A stretch of DNA of 64,000 nt, from positions 75,570 to 139,569 of IMG/VR virus record IMGVR_UViG_3300042013_000061; one strand, given 5' to 3'. The notes under the pieces were generated by a model. It was given only the letters and a program-made list of their open reading frames with translations, made no database searches and had not been told where the DNA came from. Shown here one piece after another: positions 10,300 to 20,057 of the stretch (its first letter is position 1; each line of letters begins with the position of its first letter). Position numbers and translations under genes: made by a program. Source of the stretch: a virus.

Positions 10300-11105
10300 A
10301 GCAGAACCTTCCGTGCGCGATCAATTGCCAAGCCGTATTCAGCCTGAAGGTTATCGGCGCATTCAGACAAAGTATTTTTCAACTTCTTCTGAATCTCAAG
10401 ACGCATATCAGAATCCTTTACGAATTTCGACACGGCACCGTCAATGTGGAAATACAGGTCGGTTAGCGACTGCGCCACAACCATTTGGTATGGCCGCAAT
10501 ACGATGCTTTCCAATTCAGCAATTTGTGCGCTGATATCCCGTGTGGCCCGCAGGTCGGCAATCACTTCGCGAATCTGCGAATAAATAACGTTTAGTGCGT
10601 AAACGTCTTTGTTATAAATCCGATCTTCCATCTGCTCTTCGAAACGACCAGCAAGGTGAATCAGATTTTCAAAAATGCGGCGCGACTCGGCATCGAATTC
10701 ATCAACAACCGGAGGCAATTCAACGAATACCTCGACGGCATCAATTACTTGTTGTTTGCCTTTCGCTTTTTTCTTCAGTGCAGCAACACCAGCGACTTTA
10801 GGGATTGTCGCCAGTTCGGTTTTCACCGCTTTTTTCTTTTCTTTGATACGTTCGACCGTACCTTCGATTGTTACCGGGGTCTTACGCTTTTTCTTTTTGA
10901 GTTCACTGCCTTTCTTGTACGTGTTGTCTTCGATAATAACGACTTCACGTTCGACTTTCTTTTTCTTCTTTTTCGTTTTCAGAATAGAAGAGCCGCGACC
11001 GCCGCCGTCGTCAGCATCCTTGTTACGGAATTTCCCGCGTTCATCAATGTCACCACCACTGCCGCCACTAACACGGCGAATGGAATCCCCACTATTCTTT
11101 TTCAT
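10296..11105 (-). CDS. Lys-rich helical protein (possibly terminase small subunit-like)
   Basis: Basic disordered N-half, helical C-half (YALNVIYSQIREVIADL), next to an HNH gene; function is speculative. Confidence 0.55.
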   Translation of the reverse strand: MKKNSGDSIRRVSGGSGGDIDERGKFRNKDADDGGGRGSSILKTKKKKKKVEREVVIIEDNTYKKGSELKKKKRKTPVTIEGTVERIKEKKKAVKTELATIPKVAGVAALKKKAKGKQQVIDAVEVFVELPPVVDEFDAESRRIFENLIHLAGRFEEQMEDRIYNKDVYALNVIYSQIREVIADLRATRDISAQIAELESIVLRPYQMVVAQSLTDLYFHIDGAVSKFVKDSDMRLEIQKKLKNTLSECADNLQAEYGLAIDRARKVLL

Positions 11106-11126
11106 ATTTCCCCCGGCTTAAATCGG

Positions 11127-11151
11127 CAAAAGGGGGCACGTGGCCCCCTTC
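11127..11151 (-). terminator. Rho-independent terminator
   Basis: AAGGGGGC-acgtg-GCCCCCTT inverted repeat with T-tract on the minus strand. Confidence 0.7.
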
Positions 11152-11167
11152 TGTTTGTAGCAATTAC

Positions 11168-12010
11168 TTAGAAGAAAACGTGGGCGCGTACACGCTCCAT
11201 GAATTTTTCGTAGTAGGCCGGACGACGTGCAAAAACACGAGCGTAGTAGGCGCTGATTTGTTCGATGTTCGGAGTTGCAGCCGTTGCGATTTCGTCTTCT
11301 GGATCATCAACGATTTCGTGGTCGGCGGCGGCAATTACAATCATGTCGCGATGCACGGTTTCTTGCTGACCATTTTGACGAACGACTTGAATATCAGTAG
11401 TTGGGCTACCGTCTTCGTTGTCGATAGAAGCAACAGCGATTGCCACGTTCAAATCGCAAGACTGCTGCGAAATGTAAGTAATCAAATCGCCACCGGTTAC
11501 GGTTGCGCGAGCTTGTGCGGTATCGGCGCCGACGTTCGCATTTACGAAATCGTTATGGTCAACCGAAGCACAGGCCAGCAATTGCTGCATTACCAGATGA
11601 TCGTCGGCAACAGCCGATTTAACCAGAACTTCACCGGTCGCAGTTTTGCGCAGTGCCCACAGGCATTCGGTGTCGTCCATGAACATATTTGCAGCAACGG
11701 CTTTGTAATTGCCGCGATTCGCATCACTCAGGACAACGCGCTCAGCAACAACGCCGACGATGCCTTCGAAAATGTGGGTACGTGCATCGCTGGCGAGCGA
11801 AACAAACGAACCGGTAATCGGAGTGATATTTGCGAATTGCTTTTTGATACCGGCAAACACTTGATCTTTGCTTGCAGCAACGGAAGCGGTTGCGATAATA
11901 CGCATGAAACGATCATCAACCTGATACGCTTCACGAATACTTACTTCAGTGGCTTCAGATTTGACGTTGTGGGCCAAAGCCGATTGCGCACGATTGAGGG
12001 AAAAAGTCAT
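11168..12010 (-). CDS. hypothetical protein, probable virion/head component
   Basis: 280 aa, GGAG RBS, own terminator, Ala-rich with ATA motifs. Confidence 0.6.
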   Translation of the reverse strand: MTFSLNRAQSALAHNVKSEATEVSIREAYQVDDRFMRIIATASVAASKDQVFAGIKKQFANITPITGSFVSLASDARTHIFEGIVGVVAERVVLSDANRGNYKAVAANMFMDDTECLWALRKTATGEVLVKSAVADDHLVMQQLLACASVDHNDFVNANVGADTAQARATVTGGDLITYISQQSCDLNVAIAVASIDNEDGSPTTDIQVVRQNGQQETVHRDMIVIAAADHEIVDDPEDEIATAATPNIEQISAYYARVFARRPAYYEKFMERVRAHVFF

Positions 12011-12060
12011 TGTTTATCTCCAGTAGAGTAAGCCAAGTGTTACTCTTATTTAAATTAACT

Positions 12061-13275
12061 TTAGAAGAAATTGCGGAAGAATCCGCCAGTTGATCCACGA
12101 CCGGGCAAACCCGGCAATCGGGTCATTGGTGTGTTCGAAACTCCGAGAATACCGATTGCTCTACTGCTGTCGATGAATCCACCACCAGCGGAACCATCAC
12201 CACTCAAAACACCGGCTCGGCCTAACAACTTCTTGAGAGGTTTTACAACGCTTTCAATTTCTGCATCGAGTCGGCCCAAAGCACTTTCCAATGCTGGCGT
12301 TCGATCAACGTTTAAGCTAACCGTTTGCCCACCGAAATCAAATGCTAACGCACCTTCAGCTTGAATCTGTGCGCCCAATGCGTAAATGGCAGAACAAGTC
12401 AGCCATGCACCCATTAATGGCCCCTGCATATTCGTGCCGGTAAAGCTCGAAATGTTTGGTTGCAGGGAGTTAAACATATTCAAGCCACGCGACAACGATT
12501 CCATCAAATCGGATTGTGTGTATTCCAATTCGGGAATAATGTTCGCGATTCGCGCACGGTTAATAAAATCCTCAAGCTGACGTGCAGCCATAAGGATTTG
12601 CGGAGTAACCGCCCACACTTTATACGACAGTGTGCTACTTGCCAGTTTGCGCGTTGGTGTGTGTTCTACAAGCATTGTCAGCGGCGACATTTGAGGCGTG
12701 CCGACTACTGCGGGCATATCCACAACGGTGCGATTTTTCATCGCCTCGACGTAAATGCCTGTGTCTTCTACGTTCCAGTTTTCATACACTGCGCGGTTGT
12801 TGAAATACAGCGACAAAGTTAGCTTATCGCCTTCAACTCCTTTGCGTGCTTTTGTTCCCTTTGCCAAATTGGCAGGAACAGCAGCGACCGGGGCTTTGTA
12901 GGTAATCGGCAGGGTTAATTGCATACGCGCATCACGCCCGCAAACAATCACAATATCCGATTCACGGCCAAGCGTTGCAGGCTCGACAGTGATGGAAGTT
13001 TTAGCCTGATAATTCCCGTCTTGCCCTTCGTATGTCCACCGGGCAAACAATTCAACAGCGTCACGCAAATTCATATTCGGAATTGGTAGGTCAGCCATCC
13101 AATTACCGGGCATGCTTGCGTGAGGTTTTGCGTAAACTTCTGCGATCACAGAACGGTCGGTGTCGAATAATCGAACCAACGGGGCAGGCGAGTTTTCCGA
13201 CGGCAAGACTGGATCGTCGAACGCATCGAAAAACTCTTCTGTAATCGTACACGTTTGTCCTTCGTATACGTTCAT
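12061..13275 (-). CDS. putative virion structural protein (head-tail adaptor-like C-terminus)
   Basis: Beta-rich N-terminus; helical C-domain ELEYTQSDL...FDFGGQTVSL resembles neck/adaptor proteins; product inferred. Confidence 0.5.
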   Translation of the reverse strand: MNVYEGQTCTITEEFFDAFDDPVLPSENSPAPLVRLFDTDRSVIAEVYAKPHASMPGNWMADLPIPNMNLRDAVELFARWTYEGQDGNYQAKTSITVEPATLGRESDIVIVCGRDARMQLTLPITYKAPVAAVPANLAKGTKARKGVEGDKLTLSLYFNNRAVYENWNVEDTGIYVEAMKNRTVVDMPAVVGTPQMSPLTMLVEHTPTRKLASSTLSYKVWAVTPQILMAARQLEDFINRARIANIIPELEYTQSDLMESLSRGLNMFNSLQPNISSFTGTNMQGPLMGAWLTCSAIYALGAQIQAEGALAFDFGGQTVSLNVDRTPALESALGRLDAEIESVVKPLKKLLGRAGVLSGDGSAGGGFIDSSRAIGILGVSNTPMTRLPGLPGRGSTGGFFRNFF

Positions 13276-14171
13276 TCGATTATTCCTTTCGACAAATTCA
13301 CAACCAATGTTTCTACGTCGTGGATTTGCGATTCGTCAGCCGGTAGCAATGCGACCAGACCGGCTTCGTCAGGCTGCACCATGTTCTGCAAATAACGCAG
13401 AATGAATTGGCGCAAATGTTCCTGCACCTCTTCTTCGTACTGCGCGTAATACTTGCTGCGCTGTCGCATGGGCAGTTTGTCCGCGATGTACCGAACGTAA
13501 TATTCGATAAATTTCGGTGTCCATTCTACATGCAGCAGGTCGGGCATTCTCTTCCAGAAATCCAATACATATTTCCAGTCCGTCATCGCCGTATAAAACA
13601 TGGCTCGTGGAATGGTATTGTAGAGATATTTCCGAGTGACTTGCACGCCACCATGAAACTCTTTGACAGATCGAATCACAGCTTTGGTATAGCCGCCAGC
13701 AATGTCGAATAAATATCGCTGATCCCGAATCATCATCTGCTGCATTCGCGCCGATGTAAGAATATTTAACGGGATGGAAATACTTATAAAATCATTCGCG
13801 CTGTCGGTGTCATTTCCCCAAATTGCTGTGTAGCCGCGCAGCCAATAAACATGCTTTGCAGTTCCCGGCCCGTTGTTGTCTTTCGTTCGGGCGAAGGTGA
13901 ACACAAGGCCGCTGCGCCGGACATTTTCGTCAGGCTCCGAAACTAATCCCACACTGGTATGCGTGTATTGAGAATAAACGTTAACCAGTGTGAAACTTGT
14001 TTTCAAAATAAACGCTAGCGGAGTCTTTCGCAGTTGCAATTCCAAGTAATCCAGAATTGCGCGAATATCAATGAGGTATCTATCGGTGTTGTACGTTGTA
14101 ACGTACCGATCCCCGCCATAAGGCCATGCCGATAAACGAAAGTCTAACGGCATTTGCGCATGGATATACAA
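13272..14171 (-). CDS. hypothetical protein
   Basis: 299-aa ORF in operon. Confidence 0.6.
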   Translation of the reverse strand: MYIHAQMPLDFRLSAWPYGGDRYVTTYNTDRYLIDIRAILDYLELQLRKTPLAFILKTSFTLVNVYSQYTHTSVGLVSEPDENVRRSGLVFTFARTKDNNGPGTAKHVYWLRGYTAIWGNDTDSANDFISISIPLNILTSARMQQMMIRDQRYLFDIAGGYTKAVIRSVKEFHGGVQVTRKYLYNTIPRAMFYTAMTDWKYVLDFWKRMPDLLHVEWTPKFIEYYVRYIADKLPMRQRSKYYAQYEEEVQEHLRQFILRYLQNMVQPDEAGLVALLPADESQIHDVETLVVNLSKGIIE

Positions 14172-14173
14172 AC

Positions 14174-15373
14174 TTAATCCCGAATGGTCAGGCTGTAGGT
14201 ATGCACGCCCGGATCAATGGTGCGCAGAGTTGGCGAGTATTCTTTATTCAGCAGCTTTTTGATCGACGGAATTGCATTCATGGTGCGAAGAACTTGCGCC
14301 TGAATTGAGCGATCACCATCAGGATATTCGAGGGTAACTTCTGTCGCTTCAACAGTAACGCCGGTAACGCCTTCGATTGCGGAAAGACGCGTGGTAACTT
14401 CGGTCGCGTCGAGGTCGAGTTCAACCGGGGCGGCGAACGCAGCAACGTCAGCGATTGCGAATTTACGCGGCATCACTTTATCCAAATCTTTTGCGAGTGC
14501 TGCGGTATCGTTACCATTCAATTCGGAACCGATTGCGTACAGACCCGGCAGACCGACTTTATCGTGAACGGCGACATACGCTTTCATCGAGAACGCATCG
14601 TCAGTTGGTGTCAAACGCGCAGTGATAATTACAACCTTTGCACGTTCGGTCACACCGGCAGCAGGCCAGTGACTGATATCGCAGTTCAACACGAAATCCA
14701 TCACGTCATTTTTGATACCGACGTTGATGTAATAATCGAGTTCTGCATCGCTGAAATACGGAGGATCAATTTTCGCTTTTTTCGCTGCTTCAATTGCGGC
14801 GTCACGCGCTTTGATATAATCCGCATCCAGAGCGTCGAAGTATTTCTGCACACGTTTGAACAAATCACCCACGGCTTCTGGAATGTGATTGTCGGCAACG
14901 TCGCTCATGTTTTGCAGTGCTTCAGTGTAAACGTCGATCAGTGCATCACGATCACGGTTCAAATTCGGCACGAGTTTATTCAGGCTTTTGTTTTCGGACG
15001 CGGCGAACAATTCAATCATGCGTTCCAGTTCGTCGATTGCTTGACGGGAATCAAGTGCGTCGATGTATTGTTTCAGAACACGCGGGCCGGGGGTATCAAC
15101 CTTTTGAACAATGAGGCCGAAGCCTGCATTCTTTCCGCCTTTTTTACCGCTGGTTGCGCCCTTACCTTGACCGCCAGAAACACGACCAATAAAGTCCGTG
15201 CTTTCCGATGCGGTGGAGAGCATGCGCTTGCCAAAAACTTTACCTTTGAAGAGTTTCAAAAGGCTGGTGAACTTGGAGATAATACGACGATAAACCGGCT
15301 TGCGTTTATTGTAGTATTTCAACAGTTGTTCGTCTGTCATCTTGTTAAGGAAGGCAACGTTCTGTTTGCTCAT
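14174..15373 (-). CDS. hypothetical protein, probable virion protein
   Basis: 399-aa ORF in operon. Confidence 0.65.
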   Translation of the reverse strand: MSKQNVAFLNKMTDEQLLKYYNKRKPVYRRIISKFTSLLKLFKGKVFGKRMLSTASESTDFIGRVSGGQGKGATSGKKGGKNAGFGLIVQKVDTPGPRVLKQYIDALDSRQAIDELERMIELFAASENKSLNKLVPNLNRDRDALIDVYTEALQNMSDVADNHIPEAVGDLFKRVQKYFDALDADYIKARDAAIEAAKKAKIDPPYFSDAELDYYINVGIKNDVMDFVLNCDISHWPAAGVTERAKVVIITARLTPTDDAFSMKAYVAVHDKVGLPGLYAIGSELNGNDTAALAKDLDKVMPRKFAIADVAAFAAPVELDLDATEVTTRLSAIEGVTGVTVEATEVTLEYPDGDRSIQAQVLRTMNAIPSIKKLLNKEYSPTLRTIDPGVHTYSLTIRD

Positions 15374-16386
15374 GATGGTTCCATAATTGTGTTGAGTTTT
15401 ACTTTTTCATCCTTGCTGACATTCAAGATTTTAGTCAGCTTACTCAGCGAACGCGCATCATAGATTTTGCGTTTACCGACGATGAACGAAATCATCCGGT
15501 TTTCACCATACTGCGAGACGCGGTGAATAATATCCGTGTTAGGGAGATTCACGGCACGCTTCAGATACGGGAGAACTTGAGCAAGGAATTTGTTAATGTC
15601 GTCGGGCTGCACAAAAGGTTTCAAAATAACGTTCAATTTATCGTCCGTCACTTCGATATCTTGCACCATGTTCGACGCCAGCAGCGAATCGTCTTTCGGC
15701 TCGGGTTTACCCACGTATTCGAAATCAGACAGATTGCCCATGATGTAGGTTTGCACGTCTTTTGCGGTATCCACATTGGATTCCTCAGACGATACAAAAG
15801 GCGAGTCAGGAATAGACACGCGATATTGCCCGCCGCTAAGCGAAAGCTTTACGGTGATTGGGCCGCTAACAAAACCGTTTTTATCCGTTACGCCATGATC
15901 CGTCCGAAAACAAATCATTTGATTCTCAGGCAGACGAATGTGTAACTGAGTCGTCGGACTAATGCGCGAAAGAATGCGGTATACGGTTTCCGAAAGGTAC
16001 GACAAATGCTTATCCATACGGGATGCGCAAACGCCGTCGATCAAATCCATAATGGTCTTTTGAAACGACCGGATGTTTGTTTGCTGTGCGTTAATCATAT
16101 TGAAACAACGATCACGCTTTGAATCGGAAAACTCTTGCGCAACCGAACGTGCGCAGCGCAATTCAACTAATGAATCAACACAGAATTGCAAGGCTTCAAC
16201 AGCGTCACTGACTTTCAGGTACGGCAGTTTCTTTTGGTTGAACTTCGATACCAAAACGCTAAAAGTCGTATTAATCTTTGACAATACAGTAATGACTTCA
16301 TTCGCGTTTCGGGCGTTCTTTAAATCAATGACATTTGGATTGTCATCAATATACTTTGATTGAATTTGCAATGCTCGAACACCCAA
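15370..16386 (-). CDS. hypothetical protein
   Basis: 338-aa ORF; start uncertain. Confidence 0.6.
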   Translation of the reverse strand: MGVRALQIQSKYIDDNPNVIDLKNARNANEVITVLSKINTTFSVLVSKFNQKKLPYLKVSDAVEALQFCVDSLVELRCARSVAQEFSDSKRDRCFNMINAQQTNIRSFQKTIMDLIDGVCASRMDKHLSYLSETVYRILSRISPTTQLHIRLPENQMICFRTDHGVTDKNGFVSGPITVKLSLSGGQYRVSIPDSPFVSSEESNVDTAKDVQTYIMGNLSDFEYVGKPEPKDDSLLASNMVQDIEVTDDKLNVILKPFVQPDDINKFLAQVLPYLKRAVNLPNTDIIHRVSQYGENRMISFIVGKRKIYDARSLSKLTKILNVSKDEKVKLNTIMEPS

Positions 16387-16423
16387 ATAAGTGGATATAC
16401 AATAAAATTAGCGTCCAGATAGC

Positions 16424-16459
16424 AAAAAACCCGCCGATCCACTAGGGAAGGGCGGGTTT
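16424..16459 (-). terminator. Rho-independent terminator with conserved inner motif
   Basis: CCCGCC/GGCGGG stem plus T6 on the minus strand; near-copy of 1693-1728. Confidence 0.75.
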
Positions 16460-16487
16460 CTTTTATTGCAAACCAATCAAACGGCTA

Positions 16488-17858
16488 TTAACCGAAAGCT
16501 GGTTTTTTGTTACCGGACTTCTTCGGAACAGCGCCACCTTTCGGTTTAGCGGCTGCTTTCGGAGCGGCCTTTGGTGCGGCTTTAGCGGCGGCTTTCGGCG
16601 CTGCTTTTGCTGCTTTTTTCGGAGCGGCTTTTGCTGGTGCAGCTTCAGCTTTTGGCTTGGCTGGACGACCACGTTTTTTCGGAGCGACTGCCGGAGCGGC
16701 TGCTTCTTTTACTTTGGCTGGGCGACCACGCTTTTTAGCTGGTGCGGCGGCTGGCGCTGCTTCAGCTTTTGGCTTGGCCGGACGACCGCGTTTCTTTGCC
16801 GGTGCTGCTGGTGCTGCTTCGGCTTTTGGTTTTGCAGGACGACCGCGTTTTTTCGCTGGAGCGGCTGGAGCAGCAGCTTCAGTTTTTACTTTCGCAGGAC
16901 GACCGCGTTTTTTCGGTGCAGCGGCTGGAGCGGCGGCAACTTCAGTTTTCACTTTAGCTGGACGGCCACGCTTTTTGGCTGGAGCGGCTGGAGCAGCAGC
17001 TTCAGTTTTTGGCTTGGCAGGACGACCGCGTTTTTTCGCTACTGGAGCCGGTGCAGCATCAGCTTTTGGCTTGGCTGGACGGCCACGCTTTTTGGCTGGT
17101 GCAGCTTCAGCAGCCGGAGCGGCAGCAGGTGCTTTACGCGCTTTTTTCACAGCACCGCCGGTTTTGCCGAAGTGCTTAGTGGAAATAGCTGCGGTTTCTT
17201 TTTGTGCAGCAACTTTGCGAGCAGCAACCTTTTTAGGGTCGATGGTTTGCAGACGCTTGCCTTTCTTGGAGATTGGCTTGGCGCTGAAGTTACCGATGAA
17301 ATCCTTCAGGCGGAAAACGCCGCGCTTTGCAGACTGCGCTTTGATTTTGCCGATGGTTTTCTGGTGAGTTTTCACCGCTTTCATACGCTCGCCAGCGAGT
17401 TGTTTACGCTCGGAAGCGTAACGCTGTTTCTCAGCGGCGCGCATTTTCATACGAACGGCAGGAGCGACTTTTGCAGTGCGGATTTTTTGCAGTGCTTTTT
17501 TGTGAGCACCGGAAACGGCTTGAGCCTTCGATTTCAGTTGACCACGGATGGACTTCTGAGCGGTGACGGCTTGACGTTTCTGTTCCGAAGCGTGCTTACC
17601 AGCGTGGCGAAGTTTGCGGTTGGCTTTGTAGGCACGAACGGCTTTTTTCGCTTCAGCTTCGGTAGCACCGTGACGCATGGCACGCAGAAAAACCGAGTTT
17701 TCCAGATGCGCCAGTTTTTCCTGATGCGTCATGGTTTTGTAACGGTTTTTTGCAACCTTGTTCAGCTTCGATTTGTTTTTGTTGCGGTATTGTTTAGCCT
17801 TTTTGGCAGCAGCGCGTGCCTCGGGGCTTTTGTCCTTACGGACGACTTTCGTGACCAT
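16488..17858 (-). CDS. histone H1-like basic protein with 8 AT-hook (KKRGRP) repeats
   Basis: Eight KKRGRPAK units separated by Ala/Pro linkers; KAAPK tail; very basic N-half. Confidence 0.85.
   Translation of the reverse strand: MVTKVVRKDKSPEARAAAKKAKQYRNKNKSKLNKVAKNRYKTMTHQEKLAHLENSVFLRAMRHGATEAEAKKAVRAYKANRKLRHAGKHASEQKRQAVTAQKSIRGQLKSKAQAVSGAHKKALQKIRTAKVAPAVRMKMRAAEKQRYASERKQLAGERMKAVKTHQKTIGKIKAQSAKRGVFRLKDFIGNFSAKPISKKGKRLQTIDPKKVAARKVAAQKETAAISTKHFGKTGGAVKKARKAPAAAPAAEAAPAKKRGRPAKPKADAAPAPVAKKRGRPAKPKTEAAAPAAPAKKRGRPAKVKTEVAAAPAAAPKKRGRPAKVKTEAAAPAAPAKKRGRPAKPKAEAAPAAPAKKRGRPAKPKAEAAPAAAPAKKRGRPAKVKEAAAPAVAPKKRGRPAKPKAEAAPAKAAPKKAAKAAPKAAAKAAPKAAPKAAAKPKGGAVPKKSGNKKPAFG
16660..17100 (-). 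repeat. about 60-bp degenerate tandem repeat encoding AT-hook units
   Basis: Recurring GGACGACCGCGTTTTTT-like units. Confidence 0.8.
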
Positions 17859-17953
17859 CGGAGCATCCTCGATTATAGGGTTTTGGCAGTTGGCCTACAA
17901 TCGTAGCGCCACGATGTACCAACTAATAATAAATTAGTATTATCGTGAATTAA

Positions 17954-19003
17954 TTAACTGGCCGAAATCCCCAGCCGGGCACAAGCCTTTTTAACTTCTT
18001 TTCGACCGGCTTTAATCAACTCTTTATCAAAGCCTTCTGCCACCATGAACTCTTTTAAACCAAACATTGGATCAATATCAATGTTTTCCACTTTAATTGA
18101 ATCATCTTCAGAAACATTCGATTTTTTCGCACCAGCCTTATGAATGCCCCCGGTAATGTTCGGGTATTGAATCATTAGGTCTGCTGGAATAGGAACATCT
18201 TCAGCCACGTGCAGCTTATAACGAACGTTATCCGAGTACGTCAGCTTCTTGTAATCATTCAGATCATTAATCTCTACGTTCTGCAACGTAAAGTTTGGTT
18301 TGTTTTCAACGAACTTGTGTTGGAACGCAACGCGGTTTCCTTCCATGCTGGCTTTAAAATGAATAAAGCCTTTTGGCAATGCTTCGCCAAAGTTTTTCTG
18401 GAATGGATTACCGCAATAAACGGCCCGCTTTGTTTTCATGAATTGGTATTGGTGAATATGCCCGGAAATAGTGAAATCGTTTTTGTGGGTTTCCAATTCA
18501 TGTTTGGTTTTTAACGAACGACCGTTATCACCAATAGCGCCGCTGTATTCAACGTGCGCAAAGTTCAATGCACCCTGTTTAGTGGACAGGGTTTTCAAGC
18601 ATGGGTACGGCAGGAAATTCACCGGTACGTTTTCGATTACAACGCGTTCCGGTTTCAGGACGATTTTCAGACGCTTAAACGCTTTCGACGTTGCCAGCTT
18701 GTGCATGAAATTCATCGACGTATTTTCGATATCACCGAAATCATGGTTGCCCATGATGTAATACGTGTAAAGGTTTTCATCGTGTCGCAGAAACAAATCG
18801 TACAGCTTGCCGTATGTATCCCAATCGAGGTCTGGTGTATCAGACAAATCGCCCGGAATAAATACGTGTTTAATACCGTTGCTATACGCGTACTGGTAAA
18901 TCTTTTCCATTTCCGCCAAGATGCGATCATTTGCATCGGGGAAATGCTTGTTCAATCCGTCAAGGTGAACGTCAGAAAATGCAATGCCTTCAAGATCAGC
19001 CAC
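17954..19003 (-). CDS. sbcD: SbcD/Mre11-like metallophosphoesterase nuclease
   Basis: SDVH, PGD, GNHD and SGHIH motifs. Confidence 0.88.
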   Translation of the reverse strand: MADLEGIAFSDVHLDGLNKHFPDANDRILAEMEKIYQYAYSNGIKHVFIPGDLSDTPDLDWDTYGKLYDLFLRHDENLYTYYIMGNHDFGDIENTSMNFMHKLATSKAFKRLKIVLKPERVVIENVPVNFLPYPCLKTLSTKQGALNFAHVEYSGAIGDNGRSLKTKHELETHKNDFTISGHIHQYQFMKTKRAVYCGNPFQKNFGEALPKGFIHFKASMEGNRVAFQHKFVENKPNFTLQNVEINDLNDYKKLTYSDNVRYKLHVAEDVPIPADLMIQYPNITGGIHKAGAKKSNVSEDDSIKVENIDIDPMFGLKEFMVAEGFDKELIKAGRKEVKKACARLGISAS

Positions 19004-19439
19004 GTTTTACTTCCACTGTGAATTGAATGTATTTCAGGGGGCGCGAAGGTTGGAACGAATACGGCATAACCAACATACCGATCAGACCCCGACCACGCTT
19101 TTTCGCCGTGCGTTTGTTACGCAGGAATAAGTGCGTAATCCGTTCACCGTCAGCCGTGTTCCCGCCGACCAGAACGCCACGGCGATTTCCCCGTTTTTCA
19201 TCATTTACAGTAAACGATTCGACGATACCTTCACCCGGCCCGCCGACAGTGAAGTCATTAATGCCACGCCGATCTATTAAATCGTCAAAGAATTTCTTGA
19301 TAATTGGTTTTGCGTCTGCGGTTTCCATACCAATTGTGTGTGACAGTTGATCGCTGATATGCTGCACCATTCTGCGCACGTTGATATCGTCGATAGAGCT
19401 ACGCGCTGGTATGTCGTCGAGGCCAGTGTGGTCAGTCAT
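18996..19439 (-). CDS. stand-alone tail-sheath C-terminal-like domain protein
   Basis: INVRR...FFDDLIDRRGINDFTV...FQPSRPLKYIQFT matches the contractile sheath C-terminal pattern. Confidence 0.6.
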   Translation of the reverse strand: MTDHTGLDDIPARSSIDDINVRRMVQHISDQLSHTIGMETADAKPIIKKFFDDLIDRRGINDFTVGGPGEGIVESFTVNDEKRGNRRGVLVGGNTADGERITHLFLRNKRTAKKRGRGLIGMLVMPYSFQPSRPLKYIQFTVEVKRG

Positions 19440-19713
19440 TTTTATATTCTCGTGTGCGCAGGCAGGAACCGAAATACAGGATGTTTTTATCGAACAGGTT
19501 ATTCACGAATGCCAGCCGGTCTTCGTCAAGATCGAATCGCGCTGCAATTTCTGAGAGCTTATCGTTTGTCTTGATGTGGTAGATTCCGAAGTTTTCGACT
19601 AAGTGGCGTTCGTACTTGATTTCCGAGGCTGCGCGTTCCGGGTCACTCCACTGGATACGCTTCTCGAAAATTGCACGATCTTTTTCGTGTACATCGAATT
19701 CGTCGGCTGGCAT
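19432..19713 (-). CDS. LysM domain protein
   Basis: YHIKTNDKLSEIAARFDLDEDRLAFVNNL...ILYFGSCL. Confidence 0.7.
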   Translation of the reverse strand: MPADEFDVHEKDRAIFEKRIQWSDPERAASEIKYERHLVENFGIYHIKTNDKLSEIAARFDLDEDRLAFVNNLFDKNILYFGSCLRTREYKND

Positions 19714-19718
19714 TTAAA

Positions 19719-20057
19719 TCACCGTAGTTTGATTACTTGGCCCGGAAAGATCAGATGCGGATTTTCCAGATTGTTCAACTGTGCGAGAGTGCGCCACGAA
19801 TGGCCGGTGCCTTCACCAATGTGCGAAAGCGTATCGCCTTCTTGCACAATGTACATGCCGTACTCTTTCGACACTTGATAACGCAGTTTTTTCTTCAGCG
19901 CTTTCAGTTCGTCGCCGGTGATTTCGTGGATTTCCAAACCATGCACGGTCTGGCGTGCGACAGAATCTTTAATCGGAATGTTAGACGCGCTCACTGTGAG
20001 GTTGCCGTCAGTCTGAACATGCACATTGCCAGCGGAAATATCTACTTTGGTATTCAT
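19719..20057 (-). CDS. LysM domain protein
   Basis: YIVQEGDTLSHIG...LAQLNNLENPHLIFPGQVIKL, canonical LysM. Confidence 0.88.
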   Translation of the reverse strand: MNTKVDISAGNVHVQTDGNLTVSASNIPIKDSVARQTVHGLEIHEITGDELKALKKKLRYQVSKEYGMYIVQEGDTLSHIGEGTGHSWRTLAQLNNLENPHLIFPGQVIKLR

